This document shows, piece by piece, positions 62,291 through 64,000 of a stretch of DNA of 64,000 nucleotides. This DNA is from Catajapyx aquilonaris (taxonomy: Eukaryota), in NCBI GenBank assembly GCA_000934665.2, contig KZ538122.1, positions 62,001 through 126,000 of the forward strand. Reading direction: 5' to 3'. The position numbers and the translations under genes are program-made. Numbering within the stretch: position 1 is the stretch's first letter; each line of letters starts with the position of its first letter. Under the pieces are notes generated by a model. That model was not told the origin of the DNA. It saw nothing but the letters and a program-made list of their open reading frames with translations, and did not search any database.

Positions 62291-63131
62291 ATGGACCTTT
62301 TAAAGGCCCATACACACAGGCCGTCGACGGTTTTGGTTTTTGGTCGCGTTGACGTTGTGGACCAATCATGACTCATGTAAACAAGCTGTAAACAATTGGT
62401 TGCACTTGTTTACATGAGTCATGATTGGTCCGCAACGTCAACGCGACCAAAAACCAAAACCGTCGACGGCCTGTGTGTATAGGCCTTTAACGCTACGTCA
62501 TCACAACAAAGGCGGCCATCTTGTTGGTTGGGTAAAACCCCTATCCTGCCCGTGTTGTTGGCAGGGTTTTTGAGGTCTGCCGGGGTTTGTGAGCTCTGCT
62601 GTGGCCCGTGGTTGGCCCGTGGCCTACCTACAGGGCTCCCCGACATGGCCCGGCCTTTGGAACCACTGCCTCACTACGCGAAAAGTCTTACTACGGGAGA
62701 GGCAAAGAGGCGAAGCGATACGATACTCGATACTCTCGGGGGTAAATGGCTCGCTCCAGCTCGTGTAGTTGACAGTGTTTGTGACGGTCTGTGAGGTTTG
62801 CCAGGGTTAATTAGTCACACTGCTACTTCCAGCAGGGAAATAAACACGGGAAATGGTTACTTTGTGCAAAGTGTGAGCTACGCAAATCCGTCGATGTTTG
62901 GTGGGTTACCAACTTTTCTCGACCTTCTCCACTCTCCTGACGGCGGCCAACAATCTGGCCCTCCCCTCCACATCCATTTGGAACCGAAAAAAAGCCCGGT
63001 GTGGCTTACTTACTCGATATATTGTTGCAGAAATAACCCGCTCACCATGCCGCCATTGCTGGTTCTGCCCAACCAATAAGATGGCCGCCGCGAAAAAATG
63101 TAAACAAATACGTCATGGCTAAAAGGTCCAT
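62291..63131. mobile_element. Older TIR element interrupted in its left terminus by the palindromic MITE
   Basis: Termini ATGGACCTTTTA (62291-62302) / TAAAAGGTCCAT (63120-63131); subterminal 22-bp IR 62511-62532 / 63068-63089 with one mismatch. Confidence 0.65.
62304..62486. mobile_element. Intact palindromic MITE flanked by TTAA
   Basis: AGGCCCATACACACAGGCCGTCGACGG...CCGTCGACGGCCTGTGTGTATAGGCCT with ~80-bp near-perfect arms; TTAA at 62300-62303 and 62487-62490. Confidence 0.88.
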
Positions 63132-63269
63132 TGATCAGGCAGTTGTCTATTTACTTTGTAACCATAGGAACCAATTTCAACAACTGGTGTATTTTATTAG
63201 AGGAAGAACTACTCAACAGTTCCACATGTTTACCTGTCAGCTTTACTTGGGGCAAATTTACGGGACGAA

Positions 63270-63512
63270 ATGGAGGCACTTGTAGAACGTCACGGAATCA
63301 GGCGAAGGTTTCCTGTCCCAGCTGGCTTGAAGTCTCTTCTTCACGATCTGTGCAGGGAAATTCTCCGGGATCAGCCAGAGAATATCTTTGAGTATAGTGC
63401 CAAATTCTGTGAGAAACGACTTGCTTTGCGTAAACTTCAAGACAAACCTCAGACAAGTGGCCGCTCAACACCACGTAGGGACAGAGAGGCTCGAGCTAGA
63501 GACGAGTGTTAA
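63270..63512 (+). CDS. Small RIIa dimerisation/docking-domain protein (Sp17/CABYR/ropporin-like); may be spliced further
   Basis: VPAGLKSLLHDLCREILRDQPENIFEYSAKFCE fits the PKA-RII D/D fold consensus (P.GL..LL.....EVLR.QP.NI..FAA.YF). Good Kozak context GAAATGG. Confidence 0.75.
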   Translation: MEALVERHGIRRRFPVPAGLKSLLHDLCREILRDQPENIFEYSAKFCEKRLALRKLQDKPQTSGRSTPRRDREARARDEC

Positions 63513-63660
63513 TGAGGAATGTGTCGACTAACTCCCAAGAGATGCCTGTGTCTTGCATCAGGGTAAAACAATACTCACAACTTATTTTTACCGTCCTAAG
63601 GGGGGCGGGCAGCATGGAACTTGGTAAAGCAAATCTGGCTGGATTGTTCATGTTGTTAAT

Positions 63661-64000
63661 AATAGGGTCCTAGCCTTCATTTTGAAAACTACATCATAAA
63701 TTTGGCCGTATTTTTTGGATTTTTTTAAAATTCAGTTTTAAGATATCAGTTTTAAGTTCCAGAGCTATTAGCGTTTTTTCGGTAGGACATGGTGACGTCA
63801 CTGCGTCCTAGCGAAATGTTGTTGATGTCGCGCAAAGTGAATTGAAGGCAAGAATGATGTTATAGAATGTGCCCCGGCATGGTCGTAAAATGCTTCGTTG
63901 TTGTTAGCAACCGTCCTATTCCTGGTGCCTGCAGTGCCAGACTCTCGTAGAGCTCGGTTCGGAGGGGGGGGGCAGGTTGCCCTGGGGCAAACCCACCCCG
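63661..64000. mobile_element. Second, diverged relative of the 60989-61670 element (right end not seen)
   Basis: TAGCCTTCATTTTG.AAACTACAT.ATAAATT...GGTGACGTCACTG...GTTGTTAGCAACCGTCC aligns by eye with 61000-61243. Confidence 0.7.

Overview
Eukaryotic, intron-containing genomic DNA. Profilin and eIF4A look insect-like, and housekeeping gene bodies are CpG-depleted, which suggests a methylating, probably non-dipteran insect (inference). Hand-spliced, phase-consistent gene models in order: 3' part of ASCC1 (+); a two-TM APD1-4-middle-domain-like protein (+); eIF4A (+); profilin (+); a ~741-aa low-complexity protein of unknown function (-) with a ~9.6-kb intron; intronless ribokinase (-) head-to-head with a DHX33-like DEAH helicase (+); the first coding exons of AMBRA1 (+), split across short exons and not obvious in the ORF track; and a small RIIa-domain ORF (+) apparently nested in an AMBRA1 intron. 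Several MITEs and foldbacks occur, one inserted into another's terminus, plus a tRNA-derived SINE head. Best leads: a candidate H/ACA snoRNA in eIF4A intron 3 whose pocket fits a conserved 18S rRNA motif; ASCC1 and the APD-like gene apparently sharing one transcription unit; the nested RIIa gene with a possible TE-derived/X-box promoter; and a sharp CpG boundary inside the unknown gene. I see no convincing wholly new multi-gene system. All homology calls are from recognition, not database searches.
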